The notes: generated from the letters alone by a model not told the origin. Positions 1 to 10,105 are shown, counted from the first letter of the stretch. The stretch is DNA of 64,000 bases from Sphingomicrobium sp. (GCA_039919075.1 JBDSGJ010000005.1:46927-110926); one strand, 5' to 3'. A program made the numbers and translations.

Positions 1-462
1 CTTCAACTCGGCGAGCAGCGCGCGCGCGACCTTGCGGCTCCAATGATCGACGAGTCGATCGCCCTTGGGTGCCCAGCTGGTGCCCATCTCGAGCCGGTAG
101 GGCCGCATCGCATCGCGCGGTCGAAGCACGCCGTAGAGTCCGGACAGGATGCGGAGATGGTCCTGGGCATAGTCGATGACATCGTCGTCGGCCGAGGCGG
201 CGTCGAACCCGCGATAGACGTCACCGGCGAAGGTGCGAATGGCAGGACGCGACTCGGCTTTCGCGAACGTCTTGAAGCGTTTGACGTTGAGTTCTGCCAG
301 CTTGTCCGAAATATGCATGAGCTGCGCGAGGTCGGCCGGCTTGAGCCTCGCCGCCGCACGCGCAATCCGCCCCGCTTCGTCAGCGAAGCGCGGTTCGGTT
401 GGTATGTCGGCAAAGGGCGAGGCGAGGTCGAGCGTCTTCGCCGGGGAAAGCAGGATGATCAT
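1..462 (-). CDS. yaaA: YaaA family peroxide-stress protein (partial, runs off the window start)
   Basis: Manual translation of the minus strand from the ATG at 462: MIILLSPAKTLD...AIRTFAGDVYRGF...LRILSGLYGVLRP.D.MRPYRLEMGT, which are the YaaA hallmark motifs. Confidence 0.9.
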   Translation of the reverse strand, partial: MIILLSPAKTLDLASPFADIPTEPRFADEAGRIARAAARLKPADLAQLMHISDKLAELNVKRFKTFAKAESRPAIRTFAGDVYRGFDAASADDDVIDYAQDHLRILSGLYGVLRPRDAMRPYRLEMGTSWAPKGDRLVDHWSRKVARALLAELK

Positions 463-637
463 CGTGGCGCGACCGCTAACCGCTCGCCGGGGCCGGGTCA
501 AAGCGCTTGCGCCAAGTTGCTGGTTCAATTGGCATTCAGCCGCCGCCTGCAATCGAGCTTTGCCTCGGGTAGAATGCGGACTATTGCCGCGCCCGATAAG
601 TTTTGCTGTGCCAAGCGGCTGTCAACAGGAGAGTATA

Positions 638-1885
638 ATGAGATTCATCAGCACTGCCTTTGGAAGCGCCGTGGGCACCGCGCTCGGCCTCGCGCTGGCC
701 GCCGCAACGCCCGCAGCGGCCCAGACCGCCGCCGCAGCGCAACCAGCCGCAAAGCCGCTCAAGCTATCGCCCCAGGCAATGAAGCCGATCTTTGACCTGC
801 AAGCCGCGATCAAGGCCAAGAACAGCGCCGCGATCCCAGGGCTGCTTGTCGCCGCCAATGCCGCCGCCAAGGTCCCTGATGACCGCTCCGCGATCGCTCA
901 GCTTCAGCTTCAGGCGGCAATCGAAGCCAATGACCCCAATGCGCTTGTCGCGGCCGCGGACGCGCTGCGCGCCGCTGGCGGCACGATGAGCGCGTCGAAT
1001 CTTGCGAACATCTATATCCACGCCGGCCAGCAACTCGCCAATGCGCAGCAAATCGGGGCGGCGACCGGTGCACTCGACAAGGCGCACGCAGTTGATCCCG
1101 CCAACATCGATGTGCTGCTGTTGAAGTCGGACCTGCTCTACAAGCAGAAGCAGTTCGGCCCCAGCCTCGATGCCCTGTCTCAGGCGATCGCCCGCAAGAA
1201 GGCGAGCGGCGCGGTGATTCCCGAGTCCTGGCTGCAGGCCGGGGTAGCGCGCTCCTATGAAGCCAAGTTGCCGATCGCATACGACATGGCGCGGCAGTGG
1301 GCATCGGCTTATCCGACGGCAGGCCACTGGCGCGACGCAATCAACATCTATCGCAACATGTCAGGGCTCGACCGCGTTGGGCTGATCGACATGTTCCGGC
1401 TTGCCCGGGCTAGCAAGTCGCTTGGTGGTGAAGCCGATTATGCGCCGTTCGCCGAGGCGCTTATCGCGCGCGGCTATCCGGGCGAAGCGGTCGCGGTGAT
1501 GCAGGAAGGGTCGGCGGCAGGGTCGATCAGTCTCCAGTCGGCGAACCTGGCGCGGACCTTTGCGCTCGCCAAGGGCAAGTCGATTGGCGACCGCGCGGCC
1601 GCCACGGCCGCGGCGCGGACCGCGCTCGGTGCCGCCGGTGCGGCGACGACGATGGCCACGGCGGATCGGTTGCTCGGCTATGGTGATTTCGCGCAGGCGG
1701 CAACGCTTTATCGTGCCGCGCTTGGCAAGCCCGGCGCCGATGCCAACCTGATCAACCTCCGGCTCGGCGAAGCATTAGCGCAGTCGGGCGACAAGGCGGG
1801 CGCCATGGTCGCGCTCCAGGCCGTGGGAGGCGCACAGTCGGACGTCGCCAAATATTGGCTGGCATGGGTGTCAAGCCGCGCCTGA
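638..1885 (+). CDS. Secreted Ala-rich TPR-like helical protein
   Basis: AGGAG before the ATG at 638; signal peptide MRFISTAFGSAVGTALGLALAAATPAAA; helical repeats. Confidence 0.75.
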   Translation: MRFISTAFGSAVGTALGLALAAATPAAAQTAAAAQPAAKPLKLSPQAMKPIFDLQAAIKAKNSAAIPGLLVAANAAAKVPDDRSAIAQLQLQAAIEANDPNALVAAADALRAAGGTMSASNLANIYIHAGQQLANAQQIGAATGALDKAHAVDPANIDVLLLKSDLLYKQKQFGPSLDALSQAIARKKASGAVIPESWLQAGVARSYEAKLPIAYDMARQWASAYPTAGHWRDAINIYRNMSGLDRVGLIDMFRLARASKSLGGEADYAPFAEALIARGYPGEAVAVMQEGSAAGSISLQSANLARTFALAKGKSIGDRAAATAAARTALGAAGAATTMATADRLLGYGDFAQAATLYRAALGKPGADANLINLRLGEALAQSGDKAGAMVALQAVGGAQSDVAKYWLAWVSSRA

Positions 1886-1905
1886 TTGAAACTGTCTGAG
1901 AGAAC

Positions 1906-1935
1906 AGGGCGTCGGCGCATCGCCGGCGCCCTTTT
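1906..1935 (+). terminator. Rho-independent terminator
   Basis: Hairpin AGGGCGTCGGCG-cat-CGCCGGCGCCCT followed by a T run just after the stop at 1885. Confidence 0.7.
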
Positions 1936-2063
1936 CGTTGCTTAAGATGGCTTTAACCCATTGTCCCGATCCGGGATGGTTAACGCCCGCCCCCTTTTGC
2001 TCGTCGCCGCCGCTGTCCAAGCCTCACGCGCCCGCAGCCGAAGATGAGGCCGATTAGCGTACC

Positions 2064-3674
2064 GTGAAATTTGACGACCGCCTTGCTACGATCCTCAGCC
2101 TGACACCGAACGGGCCGCACGACCGCGCGGTACGCTGGCGCCAGCTGGTCGATCTCGTCGCGCGCGCCGGACCCGAGGCGAGCGGGCCAACGGTGGCCCA
2201 GGCGATTGCCCAGATCCGCGAAGGACGGGACGATGTCGCGGTTGAAGCGCGCGCTGCGGCGGCGCGCTCGATCGCCGGGCGGGCGCTGCCCGATGCGCTG
2301 CTCGAGGCATTCGCCGCCGATCGGCTCGACGTCGCCGCGCCGCTCCTCGCCAACGGACCGCCGACGGCATCGCTGCGCCGCGCGGCCTCGCCCGCGGTTC
2401 GCCGGTTTCTCGATGCGATGCACCCACCGCAACTGGTCGCGGATCCCATTGCTGGACCCGAGGCCGCGCCAATGCCCGAGTCCGCGGCCGAGCCAACCGC
2501 CCCGGTGCCCGCCGCGATCCCATCGATCAGCGAGGTCGTAGAGCGGATCGAGCGGCTCCGCGTCGCGCGTGACGCGGGACTTGCTGATCGCTCGTCAGCG
2601 CCCGTTCCGTCCGCGCCGCCCGCGCCGCCGATCCCGGTTCCACCGGTCGAGCGACCCGTGCCGACACGGACCGCGCCTCCGCGACACGACCCGCCGACCG
2701 CGCCGGAGTCGCTTGGTCTGTTCCGCTGGGAATGTGGACCCGGGGGCAATATCGGCTGGGTCGAAGGCGCCCCGCGCGGCGCCCTGGTCGGGCGGTCGAT
2801 CGCGCGCGCCGAGCCGTCCGAGGGAGTCGATCGCGATGTCGAGCGTGCCTTCGCTCGCCGCGCGCCCTTCCGGGACGCGAACTTGTCGCTGCCCGAGGCG
2901 GGCCTGGTCGCCGGCGACTGGCTGATCAGTGGGGTGCCCGCCTTTGCGCCGGGCGACGGGCGGTTCGTGGGCTACCGGGGCATCGCCCGCCGCGCCGAAG
3001 CGCTCAAGGCGCCCGTCATCGCTGCCGTGCCCGGACCACTCGACCCCGCTGCGCTGCGTGAGCTGGTCCATGAGATCAAGACCCCGCTCAATGCGATCAT
3101 CGGGTTCGCCGAGATCATCGACGGCCAATATCTCGGCCCGGCACAAAGCGGCTATCGCGAGCGCGCGGCGGAAATCGTGGCCCAGGCGGGGATCCTGCTC
3201 AGCGCGATCGACGATCTGGATTTCGCGGCGCGGCTTCGTGGCCGCGACAGCGCCGAGTCGAGCCCGAGCGACTTCATGTCCTTCTTTCAGCCTTTCGCCT
3301 ACCGCCTGCAGAAGCTTGCGCTTGACCGCGGGGTCACGCTGGCGATCGACTCGCCGCCGGGCGAGGGGCTGTGCACGCTCGACCGCGAACTTGCCGAACG
3401 GCTTCTGGACCGTTTTGCCGAGGCGGTGTTCGCGGCGACGACCCCGGGCGAGACGCTGCGGCTCGCAGTCCGCCGCGAAGACGGGTTTTGCGCACTGCGC
3501 CTGTCTCGTCCACGGGCGCTCGAGGGGATGAGCGACTCCGACTTGTTCGGGGGGCGCAATGGCGACGGCGCCGATTTCTCGCTGCGGATGGTCGTCGGCC
3601 TCGCCCAAATCGTCGGCGGCAAGCTAGCGGCGGATGGCGGTGATCTCGTCCTGCGGATGCCGATGGCTGCCTGA
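2064..3674 (+). CDS. Histidine kinase family protein (HisKA domain, divergent ATPase domain)
   Basis: H-box LVHEIKTPLNAIIGFAEII; PAS-like segment FRWECGPGGNIGWVEG; N and G boxes poorly conserved. Confidence 0.75.
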   Translation: MKFDDRLATILSLTPNGPHDRAVRWRQLVDLVARAGPEASGPTVAQAIAQIREGRDDVAVEARAAAARSIAGRALPDALLEAFAADRLDVAAPLLANGPPTASLRRAASPAVRRFLDAMHPPQLVADPIAGPEAAPMPESAAEPTAPVPAAIPSISEVVERIERLRVARDAGLADRSSAPVPSAPPAPPIPVPPVERPVPTRTAPPRHDPPTAPESLGLFRWECGPGGNIGWVEGAPRGALVGRSIARAEPSEGVDRDVERAFARRAPFRDANLSLPEAGLVAGDWLISGVPAFAPGDGRFVGYRGIARRAEALKAPVIAAVPGPLDPAALRELVHEIKTPLNAIIGFAEIIDGQYLGPAQSGYRERAAEIVAQAGILLSAIDDLDFAARLRGRDSAESSPSDFMSFFQPFAYRLQKLALDRGVTLAIDSPPGEGLCTLDRELAERLLDRFAEAVFAATTPGETLRLAVRREDGFCALRLSRPRALEGMSDSDLFGGRNGDGADFSLRMVVGLAQIVGGKLAADGGDLVLRMPMAA

Positions 3675-3709
3675 TACGGCGGGCTGCTTTGGCGCGGCGT
3701 GCGTGAAGG

Positions 3710-3784
3710 TGGTGGGCCCGGAGGGATTCGAACCCCCAACCTAGCCGTTATGAGCGGCCGGCTCTACCGTTGAGCTACAGGCCC
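3710..3784 (-). tRNA. tRNA with CAT anticodon, probably tRNA-Ile2 (lysidine-modified), not initiator tRNA
   Basis: Reverse complement GGGCCTGTAGCTCAACGGTAGAGCCGGCCGCTCATAACGGCTAGGTTGGGGGTTCGAATCCCTCCGGGCCCACCA folds as a cloverleaf with TTCGAAT T-loop and CCA end; G1:C72 is paired and the initiator GGG/CCC anticodon stem is absent. Confidence 0.92.
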
Positions 3785-3903
3785 CGCCCCGGTGGTGGAG
3801 GGGTGTTAGCGGGATGGGCGGGGGCTCTCAACCCGCGAACGGTCTTCATGGCGTGAAATTCGGGCGATGCCGTGATCGGCGTCAATCCAGGGAGTGATGC
3901 TCT

Positions 3904-4266
3904 GTGAAGGTGCGTTTGGTCATCCAGCTGCTCGACGAGGTTCGCGAGTCGTTGGAGATTCCGACCCAGACCTATGTGCTGACGCAAGTCACCAACACCC
4001 TTGCGCTGATCGAGTAGGGGGCCCGGTCAATCTGTGCTTCCAGTCGATCGCCGGGACCGAGGCGGTAAATCGCGGCCGACGACATCATGCTCGGTTATCA
4101 GTCGACCTCGTTCCACGACGCGCTCTACGCCCGCGAGATGCTCGGGGTGAAACCTGCGCCGGAGTATGCGGCGTGGCTTGAGCGGATGGGCCTAATGACA
4201 ATCGAGGGCCGCCTCACGGGTGATTCCCGCAGGCGCCTCGCGACCGCCGCCGATCGCGATGCGTAG
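3904..4266 (+). pseudogene. eutB: Ethanolamine ammonia-lyase large subunit remnant (stop, frameshifts, large internal deletion)
   Basis: Three frames give LLDEVRESLEIPTQTYVLTQVTNTLALIE* / PVNLCFQSIAGTEAVN / ADDIMLGYQSTSFHDALYAREMLGVKPAPEYAAWLERMGL, matching EutB segments I recognise. Confidence 0.8.
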
Positions 4267-4468
4267 TTGCGCTAGTGATCCAGCACCATCGGCACCGCAC
4301 GCTCGCGCCCTTCAAGCGCATATTTGTTCGTCGTCTGCTTGTCATCGCTCCACCCTTCTCAGCAGTTCGAGCCTCCGGAAAACCCGCCGCGATTCAGACC
4401 TTTGCTCGGTCTTGGCGCTGAGCCGCAATTTCTCATCGCAGCCGGTAACGGATGGCTATAAGTCCGCA

Positions 4469-5353
4469 ATGACTCGAGAATTCACTCTGGGCGACATTCG
4501 TCGCGGCGGTCTGCTGGCGATGGCCGCGGCCATGCTGTTCGGCCTTTCGACACCTGCCGCCAAGTTCGTCGTGGGTGACGTCCACCCTTTGCTGCTTGCC
4601 GGTCTCCTGTATCTGGGCTCCGGAATCGGATTAAGCGCGTGGCGTGCCTGGCGGCGACAGGACGGGCTTAACCTGAAGCGGGCGGATCTGCCCTGGCTTG
4701 GGGCCACCGTCCTGTTTGGCGGCGCCCTCGGTCCGGCGCTCTTGATGTGGGGACTGACCACGACGACCGGGTCCGTGGCCTCGTTACTGCTGACCCTGGA
4801 GGGCGTCTTCACGGCGTTGCTGGCGTGGATTGTTTTCCGCGAGCCCTTCAACCGCCGCATCGGTTTGGGGATGGCCGCGATCTTCGTCGGCGCGGTCCTC
4901 CTCGCGTTACGCGGCCATTCGGGCTCGGCCGGACTGGTCGGAAGTCTCGCGGTTGTGGGCGCCTGCGGGGCGTGGGCGGTCGACAATAATTGTACGTCGA
5001 AAATATCGCATGTCGATGCCGTCACGCTGGCCGCCATCAAGGGCATGGTCGCGGGTGTCGTCAACGTCGCTTTGGCGTTGGCCACCGGGGCCAAATTGCC
5101 GCTTCCGAGATTGATTGCTGGGTCGGCAACGATCGGCTTTTTTGGCTATGGCCTCAGTCTTGTCCTGTTCGTCTTCGCTTTGCGGGAAATCGGTGCGGCC
5201 CGGACCGGAGCTTATTTTTCGACGGCGCCCTTTATCGGCGCGGTCATCGGCATCGTTGCCCTCAAGGAACCGATGAGTCTTTCCATTGCCGCCGCCGCCG
5301 GGCTGATGGCAATCGGTGTCTGGCTGCATATTTCCGAGCCAACCAAGACCTGA
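4469..5353 (+). CDS. DMT/EamA family transporter
   Basis: About 10 hydrophobic helices in two EamA-like halves; motif LREIGAARTGAYFSTAPFIGA. Confidence 0.85.
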   Translation: MTREFTLGDIRRGGLLAMAAAMLFGLSTPAAKFVVGDVHPLLLAGLLYLGSGIGLSAWRAWRRQDGLNLKRADLPWLGATVLFGGALGPALLMWGLTTTTGSVASLLLTLEGVFTALLAWIVFREPFNRRIGLGMAAIFVGAVLLALRGHSGSAGLVGSLAVVGACGAWAVDNNCTSKISHVDAVTLAAIKGMVAGVVNVALALATGAKLPLPRLIAGSATIGFFGYGLSLVLFVFALREIGAARTGAYFSTAPFIGAVIGIVALKEPMSLSIAAAAGLMAIGVWLHISEPTKT

Positions 5354-5496
5354 CTCAAGTGTCGTCGGCAAACCGCTTCTCCGCGCGTTAATAGATCACC
5401 AGCCGGGGACACAATTTATCGGTAAAGCATTGCACAGCGGCCCGACGTGCTGCGGCGTATCCAGCCGCGGGCCGTTGGCGAAAAGGCGAAGTTCAA

Positions 5497-7791
5497 ATGG
5501 TAAGCGTCAGTAACGGTGACCTCGGGTCGAACGTGCGGGTCACCGGGTCGCCGACGCTCAGGCACCTCGCGATCATCGGCAACGCTCTACCTCGTCGGTG
5601 CGGGTTGGCGACCTTCACGACCGACACGGTCAACGCGATGCGTGTGCGCTACCCCGCGATGCAGGTCGACCATTATGCGATGGATGATGATACCGGGGTC
5701 GCTTACCCGGATAGCATCAAGACGATCGCGGTGGATGATCCTGCGGCCTATCGCGAGGCTGCCGGGCTGATCGAGGCGAGCGGCGCCGAGGCGATCTGGC
5801 TGCAGCACGAGTTCGGCATCTTCGGCGGCGATGCTGGGTCCTATATCCTCGGCCTGCTCGAGCGGTCGACGCTCCCGCTCGTGGTGACGCTCCACACGAT
5901 CCTTGAACAGCCCTCGGACAGCGAGCGACACGTGTTCGCCCGGCTGCTTGAGCGCGCCGCGCATCTCATCGTCATGGCGCGCAGTGGGCGGACGATCCTG
6001 CGCGAGGTTTACGGGGTCGCTGACGAGATGATCAGCGTCATTCCCCACGGCGTCCCCGATCGAAGCTATGTCGATCCCGATACGGTCAAGGCTCGGTTCG
6101 GGTTGGAAGGGCGCAAGGTCGCCATGACCTTTGGCCTGCTAGGACCCAACAAGGGCATCCAGTATATGATCGAGGCCATGCCGCAGATCATCGCCGAGGT
6201 CGGCGATACCTGCTTCATCGTTATCGGCGCCACGCATCCCAATCTGGTCAGAGAGCAGGGGGAAAGTTATCGCGCGTCACTGATAGCGAGCGCCGCCGCG
6301 CTCGGTGTTGCCGACAGCATCCGCTTCGTCGACACCTTCGTCGAGCAGAACGAACTGCTCGATTGGCTCGAGGCGTGCGACGTCTACGTCTCGGGCGCGA
6401 TTAATCTCGCGCAGATCACCTCGGGGACCTTGTCCTACGCGGTCGCATTGGGGAAACCGGTAGTCTCGACTCCTTATGTCCATGCCCGCGAAATCCTTGG
6501 CGATGAAACGGGCGTGCTGGTTCCGCCGCGCGACGCCGACGCCCTGGCAAAGGCGGTCACCCACTTGCTGAGCGACGATGCCGCGCGCGGGGTGATGGCA
6601 GCGCGGGCCTATGCCGCCGGACGCGAAATGCTGTGGCCACGAGCGATGGAGCGCGCCGCCACGCTGATCGACCGAGCGCTGGCCGAGGCCCAACGAAAAT
6701 TCCTGCCGCGTCAGCCCCGGTCGACCTTGCTTGCGCCCGATCTCTCCGCGCTGCGCGGAATGACCGATACGACAGGAATCTTCCAGCACGGCATTTTTTC
6801 GGTGCCCGATCGCAACCATGGTTACTGCATCGACGACAACGCGCGTGCGCTGATCCTTGCCTGCACTGCGCCGAGCACCAGCGGGGACGACCTTGACCAG
6901 CTATCGACAACCTACGCGTCGTTCATCCAGCATGGGTGGAATCCGGACCTTGGATTATTCCGCAACTTCATGCGCTTCGACCGCAGCTGGTGCGAGGAGG
7001 CGGGGTCCGAGGACAGCAATGGACGAACGCTGTGGGCGCTGGGCTGCGCCGCAGCCGAGGGGCGCACGCGGTCGATGCGCGATTGGGCGCTTCACCTGTT
7101 TGACCGCAGTGCGCGGCTGGCGGAAGGACTCGGCTCGCCGCGCGCTCTGGCCTTCGCGGCACTCGGCGCGGCGAAATTGATATCGGCGGTTCCCGGCCAT
7201 GGATTGTCACGCGAGATCCTCGAACGAACAGGGGATCGCCTTGAGCAGTTGCTGGCCGCTGCGCGCCGCCCCGACTGGACCTGGTTCGAGGAGGTACTGG
7301 CCTATGACAATGCCCGCCTTCCCGACGCGGCGATCCGTGCTGGTCGCGCGCTTGGCCGCACGGAATTGATCCGCCAGGGGATCGAGACGCTCGACTGGCT
7401 GATCAGGATGCAGACCAACAGCAAGGGGAGCTTTCAGCCCGTCGGCACGGACAGCTTCGGTCGCCGCCATGCCGCACCGCTACCGTTTGACCAACAACCC
7501 CTCGAAGCGCAGGCGACGATCGACGCCTGCCGTGCGGCTCACGAGGCGACCGGCGAGCCTCGCTGGCTCGATCAAGCGCACTGGGCCTATGGCTGGTTCA
7601 CTGGCGACAATCTGCTCGGACTGCCGCTCGCCAGCCGCCAGGACGGTGGGTGCTACGACGGGCTGATGCCCCATGGCCTCAATCGCAACCAAGGCGCCGA
7701 ATCGATCCTCGCGCTGCAGCTCGCCAATGTCGCGATTTCGACTCTTTCCAGGGACGATAGCAGCGCTACAAGGATCGGCGGCGCGGCGTGA
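5497..7791 (+). CDS. GT4 glycosyltransferase fused to a C-terminal (alpha/alpha)6 glycosidase-like domain
   Basis: PRRCGLATFT, LQHEFGIFGG, QITSGTLSYAVALGKPVVSTPY; C-terminal part GIFQHG...GYCIDDNARAL...FDQQPLEA...NQGAES. Confidence 0.85.
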   Translation: MVSVSNGDLGSNVRVTGSPTLRHLAIIGNALPRRCGLATFTTDTVNAMRVRYPAMQVDHYAMDDDTGVAYPDSIKTIAVDDPAAYREAAGLIEASGAEAIWLQHEFGIFGGDAGSYILGLLERSTLPLVVTLHTILEQPSDSERHVFARLLERAAHLIVMARSGRTILREVYGVADEMISVIPHGVPDRSYVDPDTVKARFGLEGRKVAMTFGLLGPNKGIQYMIEAMPQIIAEVGDTCFIVIGATHPNLVREQGESYRASLIASAAALGVADSIRFVDTFVEQNELLDWLEACDVYVSGAINLAQITSGTLSYAVALGKPVVSTPYVHAREILGDETGVLVPPRDADALAKAVTHLLSDDAARGVMAARAYAAGREMLWPRAMERAATLIDRALAEAQRKFLPRQPRSTLLAPDLSALRGMTDTTGIFQHGIFSVPDRNHGYCIDDNARALILACTAPSTSGDDLDQLSTTYASFIQHGWNPDLGLFRNFMRFDRSWCEEAGSEDSNGRTLWALGCAAAEGRTRSMRDWALHLFDRSARLAEGLGSPRALAFAALGAAKLISAVPGHGLSREILERTGDRLEQLLAAARRPDWTWFEEVLAYDNARLPDAAIRAGRALGRTELIRQGIETLDWLIRMQTNSKGSFQPVGTDSFGRRHAAPLPFDQQPLEAQATIDACRAAHEATGEPRWLDQAHWAYGWFTGDNLLGLPLASRQDGGCYDGLMPHGLNRNQGAESILALQLANVAISTLSRDDSSATRIGGAA

Positions 7792-7836
7792 TATCGGGTC
7801 CGATGCGCATCGAAACCGATATTCACCTGGGGGCAA

Positions 7837-9120
7837 ATGCTGAACGAATATGATCATCCGCTGCGGCTGAGCGCAGATCCGTCGCGGGTCGTCGTCCGCC
7901 CATTTCACCTCGCGTGGCAAGGGAACGGCGCCGAGCCAGGGCGCGCGCAGCGGCTCGTTCAGGCGGTGCTCGACATCAGTGTGACTGAGGCGCGTCGGCA
8001 ATTGCAGACCGTGCTCGCGGACTTCGAGGCGCGACATTGGCAAACGCGGCGCGTGTTCATGACCCGTTATGAGCAAATCGTGACGCTGTTGCAGCTCGAC
8101 CTGCCTGACATCGGGGACGAGAAACGACAGCTGATCGGTGCCTATTTCTGCCACGAATATAGCTATGCCGCCGCCGCGCTGATGAACCCGAGCGTGGTGC
8201 CGCATCCCGACCAGACCGGCTTGCCGCCGGGATCGGTCCGCATCCTGATGTCGTTGCGCGCGGTCGGGGAGGGCCATATCAGTTCGATCGCTTTCCGCGA
8301 GGGCTTGATCGGCCCCGGAAGTGAATTGGCCCTTTCCCCCGAGCCGCCGTTCGCCACAGCAACCGATGCGCCCGACACCGACACCGAATATGCCGACGGC
8401 CCGGTCACCGTCTTCCGCAATACCGACAGCACCCTGTCAGGGACTGTCATTTTTCCGATTACGCCGGCCCAAAAGAATGGCCTCGAAGACTTGCGCATCA
8501 CGCATTTCACCCATGACGATGGCACGCAGGAATATATCGGCACCTACACCGCTTATTCGGGGCGCGAGATCCAGTCCGAGCTGATGCGCACGGCGGATTT
8601 TCGCAAGATCGATCTGGTGCCGATTCGCGGCGCGGCGGCACGCAACAAGGGGATGGCGCTCTTCCCGCGCAAGATCGGCGGCCGGTTCATGATGATTGGC
8701 CGACAGGACGGCCAGAATCTATTCCTGTTGGGCTCGGATGAGTTGGACCATTGGGAAGACGGCGACCTGCTGTTGCGTCCGGTGTTCCCACGGGAGTTCG
8801 TTCAGATTGGCAATTGCGGTCCCCCGATCGAGCTTGACGAGGGCTGGCTGCTGCTGACCCATGGCGTTGGTGCGATGCGCAAATATGCCATCGGCGCGGC
8901 GTTGCTCGACAAGGACGACCCGTCGAAGGTGATCGGCCGCACCAAGCAGCCGATCCTCGCGGCGCATGATCGCGATCGCGATGGCTACGTTCCCAATGTC
9001 GTCTACACCTGCGGCGCGATGCGGCAGGGCGAGCAGCTCTTCCTGCCTTATGGCGTCGCTGACAGCTCGGTCGCGTTCGCGTTCATCCCGATTAAGGATT
9101 TGTTGGCCCGCCTAACTTGA
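7837..9120 (+). CDS. Glycoside hydrolase family 130 (glycoside phosphorylase-like) protein
   Basis: AAALMNPS, GLEDLRI, GTYTAYSG, RNKGMALFPRKI, QIGNCGPPI, GYVPNVVYTCG. Confidence 0.85.
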   Translation: MLNEYDHPLRLSADPSRVVVRPFHLAWQGNGAEPGRAQRLVQAVLDISVTEARRQLQTVLADFEARHWQTRRVFMTRYEQIVTLLQLDLPDIGDEKRQLIGAYFCHEYSYAAAALMNPSVVPHPDQTGLPPGSVRILMSLRAVGEGHISSIAFREGLIGPGSELALSPEPPFATATDAPDTDTEYADGPVTVFRNTDSTLSGTVIFPITPAQKNGLEDLRITHFTHDDGTQEYIGTYTAYSGREIQSELMRTADFRKIDLVPIRGAAARNKGMALFPRKIGGRFMMIGRQDGQNLFLLGSDELDHWEDGDLLLRPVFPREFVQIGNCGPPIELDEGWLLLTHGVGAMRKYAIGAALLDKDDPSKVIGRTKQPILAAHDRDRDGYVPNVVYTCGAMRQGEQLFLPYGVADSSVAFAFIPIKDLLARLT

Positions 9121-9268
9121 AGGTTGGATAACGGCGATCGTAATTTGCGACTGGCCGTATCAGTAAATTCCGTCGCCTTCGCGTCCGGTTGCGCGCTGCC
9201 CCCGTTCCTGTAGGGTTAGCAAGAGCACAGGCGGCCCGCATCTGGCTCGCCGGCAAGGGGAGGGTGGT

Positions 9269-10105
9269 ATGTCCGACACGCCTGATGCCGGTCTTCCCGC
9301 GACCGCCCCCGCCCCCTTTTATCGACACAAGCTGGCGACGCGGTTGTGGCACTGGGTTAATGCGCTGTCGGTGTTCGTCATGCTGATGAGCGGGCTGATG
9401 ATCTTCAATGCGCACCCGCGGCTGTATTGGGGCAAGTATGGCGCCAATCCCGACCATCCCTGGCTCGAGGTCATGCCGGGGCATATTCGGGTCGGGCCAG
9501 TCGTTCTTCCCGGCTTCGGCGTGTTTGGGGTGAGCGCCAATGGCCGGGGTTACGCCGTCAATCCGCTTTTCACGATCCCCAGCCACTATGACCTCTCGGG
9601 TTCGCGCGAATGGCATTTTGCCTTCGCTTGGCTGCTTGTCGTCCCCGGCCTGCTTTATCTTGCCTGGACGCTGATCGGACCGCACAAGCGCGACCTGGCG
9701 CCGACGCTCGACGAACTGCGGCCAAGCCACATCCTCCATGATATAGGCCAGCATGCGCGGCTGCGCTTTCCGACAGGGGAGGCGGCGAAGCGCTATAATA
9801 TCCTTCAGAAGCTGTCCTACGCGGGGGTGATCTTCGTCCTCCTGCCGGGGGTCGTCGCGACCGGGATGACGATGTCGCCCGGCCTGAACGCCGCGTGGCC
9901 TTGGCTGCTCGACCTGTTCGGTGGGCGGCAGTCGGCGCGATCGATTCACTTCATCTGTGCTATGGGACTTGCGGCCTTCATCATCGTCCATGTCTTGATG
10001 GTCATCCTCGCCGGACCGATCAATGAGGTGCGTTCAATGATCAGCGGCTGGTATCGGCCGCACCCCGATCCGGTTAATGCGGCCATCGCGGAGCCAGCCG
10101 AATGA
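9269..10105 (+). CDS. Cytochrome b/b6 domain membrane protein (partner of the Mo oxidoreductase)
   Basis: RLWHWVN...MSGLMIFNAHP, REWHFAFAW, YNILQKLSY, ARSIHF, IVHV: the heme-ligand His pattern. Confidence 0.85.
   Translation: MSDTPDAGLPATAPAPFYRHKLATRLWHWVNALSVFVMLMSGLMIFNAHPRLYWGKYGANPDHPWLEVMPGHIRVGPVVLPGFGVFGVSANGRGYAVNPLFTIPSHYDLSGSREWHFAFAWLLVVPGLLYLAWTLIGPHKRDLAPTLDELRPSHILHDIGQHARLRFPTGEAAKRYNILQKLSYAGVIFVLLPGVVATGMTMSPGLNAAWPWLLDLFGGRQSARSIHFICAMGLAAFIIVHVLMVILAGPINEVRSMISGWYRPHPDPVNAAIAEPAE

Noticed and set aside
3710-3784. The tRNA as an integration site of a genomic island
   Set aside because: No integrase and no duplicated tRNA 3-prime end found; the accessory-looking genes lie on its 5-prime side
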